Source: Patescibacteria group bacterium (GTDB lineage: Bacteria > Patescibacteriota > Minisyncoccia > Phycocordibacterales > UBA918). Taken from it: a stretch of 35,155 nucleotides of DNA. A model generated the notes under the pieces. The model did no database searches, was not told the DNA's origin, and saw only the letters and a program-made list of their open reading frames with translations. Positions 18,785 through 27,916 of this stretch are shown in pieces. Positions within the stretch are counted from its first letter, which is position 1; every line of letters starts with the position of its first letter. The translations under genes were made by a program, and so were the position numbers. The stretch spans positions 1-35,155 of the forward strand of contig WFTF01000030.1 in assembly GCA_015485575.1 (NCBI GenBank), in the 5' to 3' direction.

Positions 18785-19693
18785 ATGTCTGCAAGAAACG
18801 TACTGATTATACTTGGCATTGTTGCATTGGGGGTGTTGCTTTGGTTCTTGCGTGACAGCACGACGCAAGATATCGCACCGGAAGCATCGGTGCCGGATAT
18901 ACAAACTGAATCTGATGCAAAAGTTGAGCCGGTCTCTACGCAAGAGGTGATAGGAAAATCGGTGGCGGGGCGTCCCATAGAGGCGTACTCTTTTGGTACC
19001 GGACCAAAAGAGTTGTTGTTTGTTGGCGGTATGCATGGCGGATATGAGTGGAACAGCGCGCTTTTGGCGTATACATTTGTGGACTATTTTCGCGCAAATC
19101 CGGATGTGATTCCCGAGGATGTGACCGTACGTATTATTCCCAATATAAATCCCGATGCGACATTTCGCATAACTGGCAAAGAGGGGCGCTTTACAGCGTC
19201 AGACATACCTTCTGAGGCGGACCTGGCACAGGCGCGTTTCAATGCAAACGGTGTAGATCTAAACAGAAACTTTGACTGTAAGTGGCAGCCACAAAGTATG
19301 TGGCGAGGCAGGGTGGTCAGTGCGGGAACGTCTGCTTTTTCCGAGCCGGAATCAGCAGCGTTGCGTGACTATGTTGCACAATACACACCGGAGGCGGTGG
19401 TGTTTTGGCACTCACAGGCAAACAATGTCTACGCTTCGGAGTGTGAAGAGGGTGTGCTACCACAGACGCTTGTGGTGATGCAAACCTATGCTAACGCTGC
19501 AGGGTATGGGGCGGTACCGAGCTTTGACGCGTACCCGATTACCGGGGATGCGGAAGGGTATCTGGCGTCCATAGGTATACCTGCGGTGACGGTGGAGTTA
19601 CAGAATCGTACCTCCATTGATTGGGATAAAAACCTCGCCGGAGTAGAGGCACTGTTCGCACTGTATACCAAACCAAACACACTTGCCCGCTGA
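18785..19693 (+). CDS. Membrane-anchored M14 zinc carboxypeptidase (MpaA-like)
   Basis: IGKSVAGRPI, GGMHGGYE, INPD, RFNANGVDLNRNF, FSEPES, FWHS, TVEL. Confidence 0.87.
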   Translation: MSARNVLIILGIVALGVLLWFLRDSTTQDIAPEASVPDIQTESDAKVEPVSTQEVIGKSVAGRPIEAYSFGTGPKELLFVGGMHGGYEWNSALLAYTFVDYFRANPDVIPEDVTVRIIPNINPDATFRITGKEGRFTASDIPSEADLAQARFNANGVDLNRNFDCKWQPQSMWRGRVVSAGTSAFSEPESAALRDYVAQYTPEAVVFWHSQANNVYASECEEGVLPQTLVVMQTYANAAGYGAVPSFDAYPITGDAEGYLASIGIPAVTVELQNRTSIDWDKNLAGVEALFALYTKPNTLAR

Positions 19694-19710
19694 ATCTGAC
19701 CGGGTCATAT

Positions 19711-19749
19711 AAAAAACACGGAAGATGCGTAGCATCTTCCGTGTTTTTT
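19711..19749. terminator. Bidirectional intrinsic terminator between convergent genes
   Basis: AAAAAACACGGAAGATGC-GTA-GCATCTTCCGTGTTTTTT. Confidence 0.85.
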
Positions 19750-19761
19750 GTGATTGCACGG

Positions 19762-21042
19762 TTATGTTGCAGGCACGAAGGTAAGTGCTTTCCCACGCTT
19801 GTTTCCGCGACCGGTGCGGCCGATGCGATGGATGTAGTCCTCAAAGGTGTTTGGCAGATCGTAGTTGATTACATGCGTGACGTTGTCTACATGAATGCCC
19901 CGCGCGGCAACGTCGGTAGCAACCAATACGCGTGCGTGACCGCTCTTGAAAGCTTTAAGCGATCGCTGTCGTTGTCCATGACTTTTGTTTCCATGAATAG
20001 ACTCCGCTTTGATGCCGTTTTGTGTCAGCTCCTTGGATAGCTTTTCAACACTGTGTTTCATAGCCCCGAAGATAATCACGCGCTTCAGCTCATCATTTTC
20101 AAACAGCTTTTGCAAAGTGGCGAATTTGTCGTGATGTCCATATGTGACCACATCTTGTTCTATGCTGTTGGTGACCTCTTTTTTCTTCACAGAAACGGTC
20201 ACCGGATTGCGCAGAAAGTCATGGACAATCTTTTGCGCATCACGATTCATGGTTGCGGAGAAAAAGAGCGTCTCACGATCTGTTGGGGTCAAGGATAAGA
20301 TACTCCGCATATCATGAATAAATCCCATATCAAGCATACGGTCGGCTTCATCAAGCACGACCGTAGTCACCTGTGAGGGGTCATACTTTTTCTGGCGTAT
20401 CAGGTCCAAAATACGTCCCGGTGTGGCAATCACAAAGTGATTTTTACGGCGTAGTGACTGTATCTGAGGGCGTATGCTCGTACCTCCCACACAGACTGTT
20501 GAGTAGAGTTTGCAGTTTTTTGAGAGCTTTTTCAGTTCATCTTCAATTTGTATTGCTAACTCACGCGTCGGTGCGAGAATGAGTGTCTGCCGAGCGTATT
20601 CCTTGAGTGTTTTCTCAATTAAAGGAATGAGAAATGCGGCGGTTTTCCCGGTGCCGGTCTCGGCAAGTCCGATAACATCACGTCCCTCAAGAATTTCGGG
20701 AATAATCCGGTCCTGAATGGGCGAGGGAACTGCAATACCCATATCGGTGATGGTGCGTACCAGGCGTCCAGTAAGGCCAAAGGTGCTGAATGTGTGTTTT
20801 GGTGTATAGACTTCCTCTTGCAGTTCAACGGGATTTTTATTTATAAACTGTGAGGGGTCAAAGGTGGGCATGATGCGTCCACTTCTTTTACGTCTGGTAG
20901 ATCTTTTCTGTCCTCTATGGCGTCTGCTATGAGTATTTTCCAAAGCATATCTTCCATTTGAACGAGTGTGTGAACTTGAAAAACGTCGCCGCGCACCCGA
21001 ACGAGAGCTGCTCCGACGAGGTCGGTTTTTTGTTGTATCCAT
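19762..21042 (-). CDS. DEAD-box ATP-dependent RNA helicase
   Basis: Q motif (SPIQ), AETGTGKT, PTRELA, TPGR, DEAD, SAT, ATDVAARG, HRIGRTGR. Confidence 0.95.
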   Translation of the reverse strand: MDTTKNRPRRSSSRSGARRRFSSSHTRSNGRYALENTHSRRHRGQKRSTRRKRSGRIMPTFDPSQFINKNPVELQEEVYTPKHTFSTFGLTGRLVRTITDMGIAVPSPIQDRIIPEILEGRDVIGLAETGTGKTAAFLIPLIEKTLKEYARQTLILAPTRELAIQIEDELKKLSKNCKLYSTVCVGGTSIRPQIQSLRRKNHFVIATPGRILDLIRQKKYDPSQVTTVVLDEADRMLDMGFIHDMRSILSLTPTDRETLFFSATMNRDAQKIVHDFLRNPVTVSVKKKEVTNSIEQDVVTYGHHDKFATLQKLFENDELKRVIIFGAMKHSVEKLSKELTQNGIKAESIHGNKSHGQRQRSLKAFKSGHARVLVATDVAARGIHVDNVTHVINYDLPNTFEDYIHRIGRTGRGNKRGKALTFVPAT

Positions 21043-21058
21043 TTATTTTGTATAGTTA

Positions 21059-21159
21059 CGAGAAACGCGCGTTCCTCGGATGGGCGTGCAGGTAGTAATA
21101 TTCAGAGGAGTGTATCATCTGCAGCTTTTTGAGCCCGCACGTTTCAAAAAGGTGCCCAT
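21059..21159 (-). ncRNA. Candidate structured cis-regulatory RNA upstream of the DEAD-box helicase
   Basis: Hand-folded three-way junction plus a downstream hairpin. G-U pairs favour the minus strand. Confidence 0.35.
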
Positions 21160-21183
21160 ACAATAATACATTCACAGGAAAAG

Positions 21184-21558
21184 TCAATAGGTTTCTTGTG
21201 TCCGATTCAATATTGAAGCAAAAAGGGGGCGAGTATCCACGTGCCCGTATTGGTTGGATTGCGTATCCCCCTTCTTAACGGATAGGTATAGAAAAAACGC
21301 AAAGTTTATGTAGGGAATAAACATCAACAAAAACCACCAACCGCTCATGTCAAGATCGTGCAATCTGCGCACTGTGAATAATATTTGTGGAATGGTGGAT
21401 AACAGCAGTATAAGCATGAGTTGATTGAACATGCGATATCCAAAACCATTACTCATCACCACAAGGGCAAGTATCACTACCGTGCCGGCGATCAATAACT
21501 GCGCGAGTATAAAGTTTCTGCGACCCATTCTGCCTTTTAAGGGATGTTCGTAGTACAT
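21184..21558 (-). CDS. DUF805 family membrane protein
   Basis: KGRMGRRNF, VRRLHDLDMSGWW, KKGD...NQYG. Confidence 0.88.
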   Translation of the reverse strand: MYYEHPLKGRMGRRNFILAQLLIAGTVVILALVVMSNGFGYRMFNQLMLILLLSTIPQILFTVRRLHDLDMSGWWFLLMFIPYINFAFFLYLSVKKGDTQSNQYGHVDTRPLFASILNRTQETY

Positions 21559-21633
21559 AACGGTATAGACAGTATACACTATCTCTTCTTTGAAGTGGGG
21601 TCGGTCTTGCCACCTAAAAGCAAAACACCGTAC

Positions 21634-21894
21634 TTAATCGCTTGCTAAAATTTTTATAGCTTCTTCAATTTGTGTTTCCTTTGCTTTTTTGGGGAGTGCT
21701 TGACAACGGTGTATGTGTTCAAGCACATATTGCTCACTGACCCCCTTCAGTGCGCTGCGCGCGGCCTTTACTTGACTGATGAACGCTTTACAGTCCGTAT
21801 TGGTGCTATCCTGCAGCATGCGCCTGAGTGCTTGTATTTGCCCCTCTGCGCGATTCAGACGGTTGATTAGTTTTTTCTGCGTTTCTCGTCTCAT
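21634..21894 (-). CDS. CsoR/RcnR-family metal- or persulfide-sensing repressor
   Basis: LINRLNRAEGQIQAL, plus a C-x24-H-x3-C fingerprint with the same spacing as CsoR C36/H61/C65. Start ATG 21894. Confidence 0.88.
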   Translation of the reverse strand: MRRETQKKLINRLNRAEGQIQALRRMLQDSTNTDCKAFISQVKAARSALKGVSEQYVLEHIHRCQALPKKAKETQIEEAIKILASD

Positions 21895-21925
21895 TTTTAT
21901 ACGATAGCATATGGGCTTTACTTTG

Positions 21926-21943
21926 TATACCCCATGGGGTATA
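21926..21943. promoter_or_regulatory. CsoR-family operator between divergent genes
   Basis: Perfect palindrome TATACCCCATGGGGTATA (C/G tracts with AT flanks). It overlaps the TATATT -10 of the adaptor gene. Confidence 0.85.
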
Positions 21944-21952
21944 TTAGTGCGC

Positions 21953-23554
21953 ATGCATATACGAACCATATCATACAAAAAAGTGTTATTTTTCGCTGGT
22001 GGCGTCGGAACGATTTTATTGTTGTTATATTTATTCTTGTTCCAGGCTGCCGCTGTACCAGCACAAAGTGCGATGACTGAGCCGGAACTCTATACCGTCC
22101 GGGCGAGTACGACACTGCCTCTTCCTGTGTCCGGTACAGTGTTGGCCACATCTGAAGTGGTGTTACGTGCGCAAACGGCGGGAACAATTGGTGCGATTTA
22201 TGTAACCGAGGGGCAAATGGTATCTGAAGGCACCTTACTGATTGCGCAAGATGCACCTGTTTTGGCGCAGTCTTTGGAAGTGCAAAAGGCACAAGCGAGA
22301 CTGCAGGAAGCTGCACAAGAAGCGCAGGTTGCGGCACAACAATCGGCTCGGGAGAAGGCAGAGGTGCTCTATGGCGGTGCACTGACGCAAGAGCGCTTGG
22401 AGGGTGATGCTGCGGTAAAGCGTATTGATGAACAAATACAACAGCTTTTGTCAGCTCTGGATGCCGCAGTTTCGAATACTGCTGCCGCTTTGGATTTTTT
22501 GGATGTAAATCGCAGTTACTTATCTGCTGAATCATACGCTACTTACCTGGAGACTGTGACAGCTCTCTACGGTGCTCAAGTGCCACAGTTTGGTACGTCA
22601 GTGAGTTATCGCGATCTTGGTTCGGGTACTGTGTTGCGGCAAATTGCCGAAGCTCAACAGGCTGCTGCTCCAAATGCAGACACTGTATTGCGCCTTGCCA
22701 GGGAGCTTGATGTCCAGATGCAAAAATTACAATCGGTGTTTATTGACAGCGAAGATTCATTTTTTGATCAACGGGTGTTGGATGTACAGAGTGGGACGTA
22801 TGCACAGTATTTATTACAGCGTACGGCCATAACGACATCGCAAGCACAGTTACGCAGCGGCGTGTCAGCTTTGCAGACACTGCTTGATGCAGCAATGGAG
22901 ACTCAGGAACGTTCCGACAGACAACATCGCCTGGCACAAATAGACAGGTTGGGAGCGGAGACGCAAGAAGCATATGCACGAGAAGTCGCCACGTATACAA
23001 ATAACGTCAATCAGGCGCAGTTGGGTGTGGTGCGTGCGCAGTACGGTCTTTCACGCAACTTTTCTCCTTTTGATGGTGTGGTGCGTGACGTATATGTGGA
23101 GCGTGGTGAGTATGTGCAGCCAGGCAGCGCACTTTTGAGTTTGTATGATGTTTCCGGATACGAATTGTCTGTACGGGTACCTGCTGATGTGTCGGACCGC
23201 CTTGCCCAGGGACAAGTATTTTTGGTAAACGATATGATTGCGGGCTATGTAGACCGATTTTCTCCCATTTTGAAAAACGGTGGTGTCACCGTATACATAC
23301 AACTGCTTCCCGATATTGCAAGAGTTGGAGAGGTGCTATCAGGTACGCTGCTGCTTGATGTCTCTTCGCAGGAGTTCATATATGCGATACCTAGAGCATA
23401 TATTGATTTCACCAACACCGGCCCGGAATTGCTCGGCTTGTCAGGAAGGCGTTATCCAGTACGTATCATGCAAGATATGTCCGATCTGCTGTATGTACAG
23501 AGTGTAGGTGAAATAGGTGAAGCATTGCAACCAATGCCCCGCATTAGACTGTAA
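21953..23554 (+). CDS. RND efflux periplasmic adaptor (HlyD/MFP family) with a long coiled-coil hairpin
   Basis: N-terminal TM, split lipoyl motifs GTIGAIYVTEGQMV and SPFDGVV..VYVERGEYVQPG. Confidence 0.85.
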   Translation: MHIRTISYKKVLFFAGGVGTILLLLYLFLFQAAAVPAQSAMTEPELYTVRASTTLPLPVSGTVLATSEVVLRAQTAGTIGAIYVTEGQMVSEGTLLIAQDAPVLAQSLEVQKAQARLQEAAQEAQVAAQQSAREKAEVLYGGALTQERLEGDAAVKRIDEQIQQLLSALDAAVSNTAAALDFLDVNRSYLSAESYATYLETVTALYGAQVPQFGTSVSYRDLGSGTVLRQIAEAQQAAAPNADTVLRLARELDVQMQKLQSVFIDSEDSFFDQRVLDVQSGTYAQYLLQRTAITTSQAQLRSGVSALQTLLDAAMETQERSDRQHRLAQIDRLGAETQEAYAREVATYTNNVNQAQLGVVRAQYGLSRNFSPFDGVVRDVYVERGEYVQPGSALLSLYDVSGYELSVRVPADVSDRLAQGQVFLVNDMIAGYVDRFSPILKNGGVTVYIQLLPDIARVGEVLSGTLLLDVSSQEFIYAIPRAYIDFTNTGPELLGLSGRRYPVRIMQDMSDLLYVQSVGEIGEALQPMPRIRL

Positions 23555-23559
23555 CAGCT

Positions 23560-26500
23560 ATGTCCGATTCCACTCACACTTTGAATATCATTGGTCGTGT
23601 CAGTCACTTTTTTGCGTCGCATGGCCCACTATCGGTGTTGATTTTAATGACAGCTGTTTTGTTTGGTTTTATAGCGTTTGTGGTGACTCCCAAGCAGTAC
23701 AATCCTGAGATAGTGCGTCCCGCTTTTGCGCTTTCCATGAGCTATCAAGGCGCAACACAGGAGGAGGCGATTGATCGTGTGGTCTATGAGCTGTTGGAAA
23801 AAATTGTAACCGTCCCCGGAGTTGAGGATGTGTATACGACTGTTACCGATGAGGCACGTATTCAAACTACCGTTATTTTTGAAGTGGGTTATGACACCAC
23901 ACAGGCTAAGGTGGATTTGCTTGCACAAATACAGCAGCATCGCTATCTTGCTCGCGGTTTCATATCGGAACCAAACGTTATTGAAATCAATCCCGAAACC
24001 ATTCCGGTGTTGCAAGTGGCGTTTTCTTCACCCACACTTGCGGGAAATGAGCTTCGTCGGAAGGTGCAGCGTCTCGCACAGTCTATCACCGGTATTTCTT
24101 CAGTGAGTGGCGTTGAGGTGTTGGGGAGCTATGATCCTGCAGTGATTGTGTTCCTCAATCCTTCTAAAATGGGTGAGTATGGCATCACACAGGAAATGAT
24201 ATTGCGTACCGTACAACAAAGTCAGGTACGGTTTGTCGGGCAGGGTTTTTCCGGTGCAGCACGCAGCGTATCCTTTGTGTTTGATGGACGTGCCGATTCT
24301 GTATCAGACATTGCACAATTGCAGATTACACCCGAACTGCAATTGCGTGACATCGCCTCGGTATTTATGGGTGCCGCTTCCAGCCGGTCGTATGTATTCT
24401 ATAGTGAAAAAGAGCAAGAAACCGCAGAGGTGGTTATGCTTTCCGTTGCGAAGGTAGAGGGGAGCAGCGCTCCTGAGGTGACTCGCGCAGCACGTTCCAA
24501 AATAGATACTTTACTACAAACAGATGAGTTTGCTGACATACAGTACAGCGTGGTAAGTGATGATGGGGTGGTGGCGAATCAAGAGGTTATGGGTCTGACA
24601 AAAAATCTCATCACCTCTGTAGTGATTGTGGTGATGGTCTTGTTGCTCTTCCTATCATTTCGTGCCTCAGCGGTGGTGTTTGTTGCTATCCCCCTAACAC
24701 TCTTGATTGTGTTTGGTATCGGATACCTGTTTGATCAGACTATTAATAGAATCACACTGTTTGCACTTATTTTGTCGCTGGGTCTTTTGGTGGATTCCGC
24801 GATCGTAGTGGTTGAAAATATTTATACACACCTGCGCCGTGTAAGTGCGGAGACTTTTGCGGCAACTCGCCAGTTGGTGGTTGCAGGTGCGGTAAATGAA
24901 ATAGGTGTAGGTATTTTGTTGTCTACGGTTACTTCGGTGATTGTCTTTCTGCCTATGCGGTACATCACCGGTATGATGGGGCCGTATATGGGTCCGATTG
25001 CATTTTTTGTACCTGTGGCATTGTTGGTATCACTTTTGGTTGCCATTGTGGTAACTCCATTTGTTGCAACATATGTACTGAAAGTATCTGAAACAAAAAA
25101 TCCTTTGTCACAATTTGTGGACAGAGGTATGCGACGTATTACACGATATTACCGACGTTTGCTGACATACATTTTGTACAACTCGCGGGTGCAGAAGTAT
25201 CTGCTGCTTGGAGCTTTAGGTATGTTCATACTGTCCCTGCTGTTACCACTGACCGGTTTGGTCCACTTCCAAATGCTGCCACGCGCCGATCGTGATCAAT
25301 TCTATTTATATATAGATGCACCGGTGAATACCTCCATACCGAAAACCAGAGCGATTGCACAGGAGGTAACCCTTCTTCTTATGGATGACCCAGATGTGCG
25401 CAGTGTGCAGCAATTTGTTGCTCAGGCACCCATTGTGGACTTTAACGGTATGTTCAAAGGTGCGCAAAACAGGAATCAACCTTCACAGGCGACATTGCGT
25501 GTAAATCTTACTCCGAACGGTTTTCGATCTCGTTCCTCTACCGATGTGGTAACGGACTTACGGAAACGTGTGTGGGAGGTGTACCCCGACTACGCACCGA
25601 TGCTACGTTTCATGGAGGAGCCCCCGGGACCACCGGTGAAGGCGACGTTTGTCGCAAAAGTGAGTGCGGAGAGTGTGCAAGGTGCACGTCAGCTGGCTTA
25701 TGAGGTATTTAATATGTTGCCCAAAGTACAAGGTGTGGTTGATCGCTACATTGAGGAAGATGCTCCGGTGGAGAGAGTCGTATACACACTCAACCAGGCA
25801 CGGGCACGTGCCTACGGCGTATCTGCGCAAGAGGTGAAAACCGCATTGCAGTTGATAAACGGGCCGCTCACGGCAACGGAGTATATCAGTAGCGATGCGG
25901 GAGAGTTTACACCCGTTTTACTGGAGTTCTCTCAAGAGAATGTTGATGCACCGTCCGACATTGCATATCTCTCCGTTTCCGCACAGAATGGAGAGAAGAT
26001 ACCACTACTATCCCTACTGGATGTTTCTTATGAGCAACGCCCCTCTTTTGTTTCTTTTGATGGGAACACACCTGTTGTATATGTAACCGGCGAGGCGCAA
26101 GGACACCCGATAGTATATGTGGTACTGGAGAGTATGAGCAAACTGCTGCGTGGCAATCTTTCTGATTACACGGTTACCAATTGGAATCTATTTTCCATGA
26201 ACCTTGAGAATGCAGAGGGAGAGGAGTTTACAATACAGTGGGGAGGAGAATGGGAGATGACACTTGAAAACTTCCGTGACCTTGGTATTGCCATGGGGGT
26301 TGCGTTGCTGCTGGTATATGCGGTTTTGGTCGCTCAGTATAACTCGTTTAGCAAACCCGCATACATATTGGTAACAGTACCATTGGGACTTATCGGTATA
26401 TTGTGGGGATTCTTCTTTATGGAGACCTTCTTTGGGGTAACACTGACTGCAACAGCACTGATTGGTTTTATTGCTCTGATTGGTTTGGTGGTTAATAACG

Positions 26501-26763
26501 CTATTATTTATCTTGAGTACGTACAGCAGCGAGAGGGTGCCGGTGTTGCATTGCGTGAAGCACTGATTGAAGCAGGGTCGGCACGGCTGCGTCCGATTTT
26601 CCTCACGTCACTGACCACCATTTTGGGCAGTCTTACCATTGCCGGTGACCCGGTATGGTCTGGTTTGGCATGGGCGATTGTGTTTGGGTTATCGCTCTCA
26701 ACCATACTCACACTGGTGATATACCCCACTTTGTTGGTATACTTTTATCCAAATAAAACGTAA
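23560..26763 (+). CDS. RND efflux permease (AcrB/CusA superfamily)
   Basis: 1067 aa, LGLLVDSAIVVVENI, EEPPGPPV, GLVVNNAII, RLRPIFLTSLTT. Confidence 0.93.
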   Translation: MSDSTHTLNIIGRVSHFFASHGPLSVLILMTAVLFGFIAFVVTPKQYNPEIVRPAFALSMSYQGATQEEAIDRVVYELLEKIVTVPGVEDVYTTVTDEARIQTTVIFEVGYDTTQAKVDLLAQIQQHRYLARGFISEPNVIEINPETIPVLQVAFSSPTLAGNELRRKVQRLAQSITGISSVSGVEVLGSYDPAVIVFLNPSKMGEYGITQEMILRTVQQSQVRFVGQGFSGAARSVSFVFDGRADSVSDIAQLQITPELQLRDIASVFMGAASSRSYVFYSEKEQETAEVVMLSVAKVEGSSAPEVTRAARSKIDTLLQTDEFADIQYSVVSDDGVVANQEVMGLTKNLITSVVIVVMVLLLFLSFRASAVVFVAIPLTLLIVFGIGYLFDQTINRITLFALILSLGLLVDSAIVVVENIYTHLRRVSAETFAATRQLVVAGAVNEIGVGILLSTVTSVIVFLPMRYITGMMGPYMGPIAFFVPVALLVSLLVAIVVTPFVATYVLKVSETKNPLSQFVDRGMRRITRYYRRLLTYILYNSRVQKYLLLGALGMFILSLLLPLTGLVHFQMLPRADRDQFYLYIDAPVNTSIPKTRAIAQEVTLLLMDDPDVRSVQQFVAQAPIVDFNGMFKGAQNRNQPSQATLRVNLTPNGFRSRSSTDVVTDLRKRVWEVYPDYAPMLRFMEEPPGPPVKATFVAKVSAESVQGARQLAYEVFNMLPKVQGVVDRYIEEDAPVERVVYTLNQARARAYGVSAQEVKTALQLINGPLTATEYISSDAGEFTPVLLEFSQENVDAPSDIAYLSVSAQNGEKIPLLSLLDVSYEQRPSFVSFDGNTPVVYVTGEAQGHPIVYVVLESMSKLLRGNLSDYTVTNWNLFSMNLENAEGEEFTIQWGGEWEMTLENFRDLGIAMGVALLLVYAVLVAQYNSFSKPAYILVTVPLGLIGILWGFFFMETFFGVTLTATALIGFIALIGLVVNNAIIYLEYVQQREGAGVALREALIEAGSARLRPIFLTSLTTILGSLTIAGDPVWSGLAWAIVFGLSLSTILTLVIYPTLLVYFYPNKT

Positions 26764-26774
26764 TCAAATAAAAT

Positions 26775-27020
26775 ATGAATAAATACATACACATGAAAGG
26801 TTCGGAAGAGGGAGTGTTGCTTGAAAATATACCCGTACTCAGACAGGCATTTGTGGTGGCGTCACTGCTGATTATTGTTGGTGTGGTATGTGGGTATTAC
26901 ATCAGTGCGTGGTTCCTGCTTCTTCCGTTGCTGGTGTCCGGCGGGTTGCTGTTTTCCGGTTTGGTTGGCTGGTGTCCTATGGCACTGATCCTGCAAGCGA
27001 TGCCCTGGAACAAAAAATAG
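26775..27020 (+). CDS. DUF2892 (YgaP-like) small membrane protein
   Basis: RQ..., two TMs, GLLFSGLVGWCPMALILQAMPWNK. Confidence 0.85.
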   Translation: MNKYIHMKGSEEGVLLENIPVLRQAFVVASLLIIVGVVCGYYISAWFLLLPLLVSGGLLFSGLVGWCPMALILQAMPWNKK

Positions 27021-27037
27021 CCACACCAAAGCCACAT

Positions 27038-27068
27038 AAGAATCACCACTGGGTGATTCTTGTTTTTT
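27038..27068 (+). terminator. Intrinsic terminator of the RND operon
   Basis: AAGAATCACC-ACTG-GGTGATTCTT followed by GTTTTTT. Confidence 0.75.
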
Positions 27069-27093
27069 CAGTTGCAGGTGATAGGATGCTTTG

Positions 27094-27837
27094 ATGATGA
27101 CGTTACTTGCTGTACTGGGCCTTGCAGCCGTTTCGCTTGTTGGAGTGTTTTTCTTCGGTAAAAATGGTCATCTAACGGGAACACAGAGGTATATTCTGCC
27201 GTTTACCATCGGTGCATTTTTGACGATTGTATTTGTTGAATTGATACCGGAGACCCTACAGGCATCAGCGAACTATGGACTGTATGCGGTGCTTGCTGGT
27301 TACCTGCTTTTTTATATGCTTTCCATTGTATTGCGTACCTATCATCATCACCATAATCGGAATGCAGCTGGCGATACTTGCGCTGCGGATAAGGCAACGG
27401 CACTGCTCTTGCTCTGGGGAGATGCGGTGCATAACGTTACCGACGGGGTGGTTATTACATCTGCGTTTTTGGTGAATCCGACAGTGGGATGGGTGACGAC
27501 AGTTGGTGTAGCGTTACATGAAGTACCGCAAGAAATTGCAGAGTTTGGAGTATTGCGTGCTGCAGGATATTCCACTCGGAAGGCGGTTGTTTTCAACTTT
27601 ATGTCAGCGCTGGGTGCGGTACTTGGTGTACTGCTGTCATTCTTTTTTATGAACTTTGCCAGTGCGTATACATGGGTTTTAACCGGTGTCGCTGCCGGAA
27701 ACTTACTGTACATTGCAACTTCCGACTTGCTGCCGGGTGTACATAGGCAAGCACAAAAAAACAATACCTTTTTTACCGCATTTTTTATGACTCTTGTGGG
27801 TACACTAACCATGCTTGGGGTTATTGTACTGCTGTAG
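27094..27837 (+). CDS. ZIP family divalent metal transporter
   Basis: ELIPE, HHHH loop, GDAVHNVTDG, LHEVPQEIAEFG, LYIATSDLLP. Confidence 0.92.
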   Translation: MMTLLAVLGLAAVSLVGVFFFGKNGHLTGTQRYILPFTIGAFLTIVFVELIPETLQASANYGLYAVLAGYLLFYMLSIVLRTYHHHHNRNAAGDTCAADKATALLLLWGDAVHNVTDGVVITSAFLVNPTVGWVTTVGVALHEVPQEIAEFGVLRAAGYSTRKAVVFNFMSALGAVLGVLLSFFFMNFASAYTWVLTGVAAGNLLYIATSDLLPGVHRQAQKNNTFFTAFFMTLVGTLTMLGVIVLL

Positions 27838-27916
27838 TCTGAGAATATCTTATAATTTGTGACGTACGGTATCTGTATGTAAAAACAGTACGCACCAAAA
27901 AAGTACCCTTCAAATA

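Noticed and set aside
21895-21978. Overlapping N-terminal extensions of the repressor and adaptor ORFs
   Set aside because: This is the divergent promoter/operator region; starts at 21894 and 21953 fit the -10 spacing.
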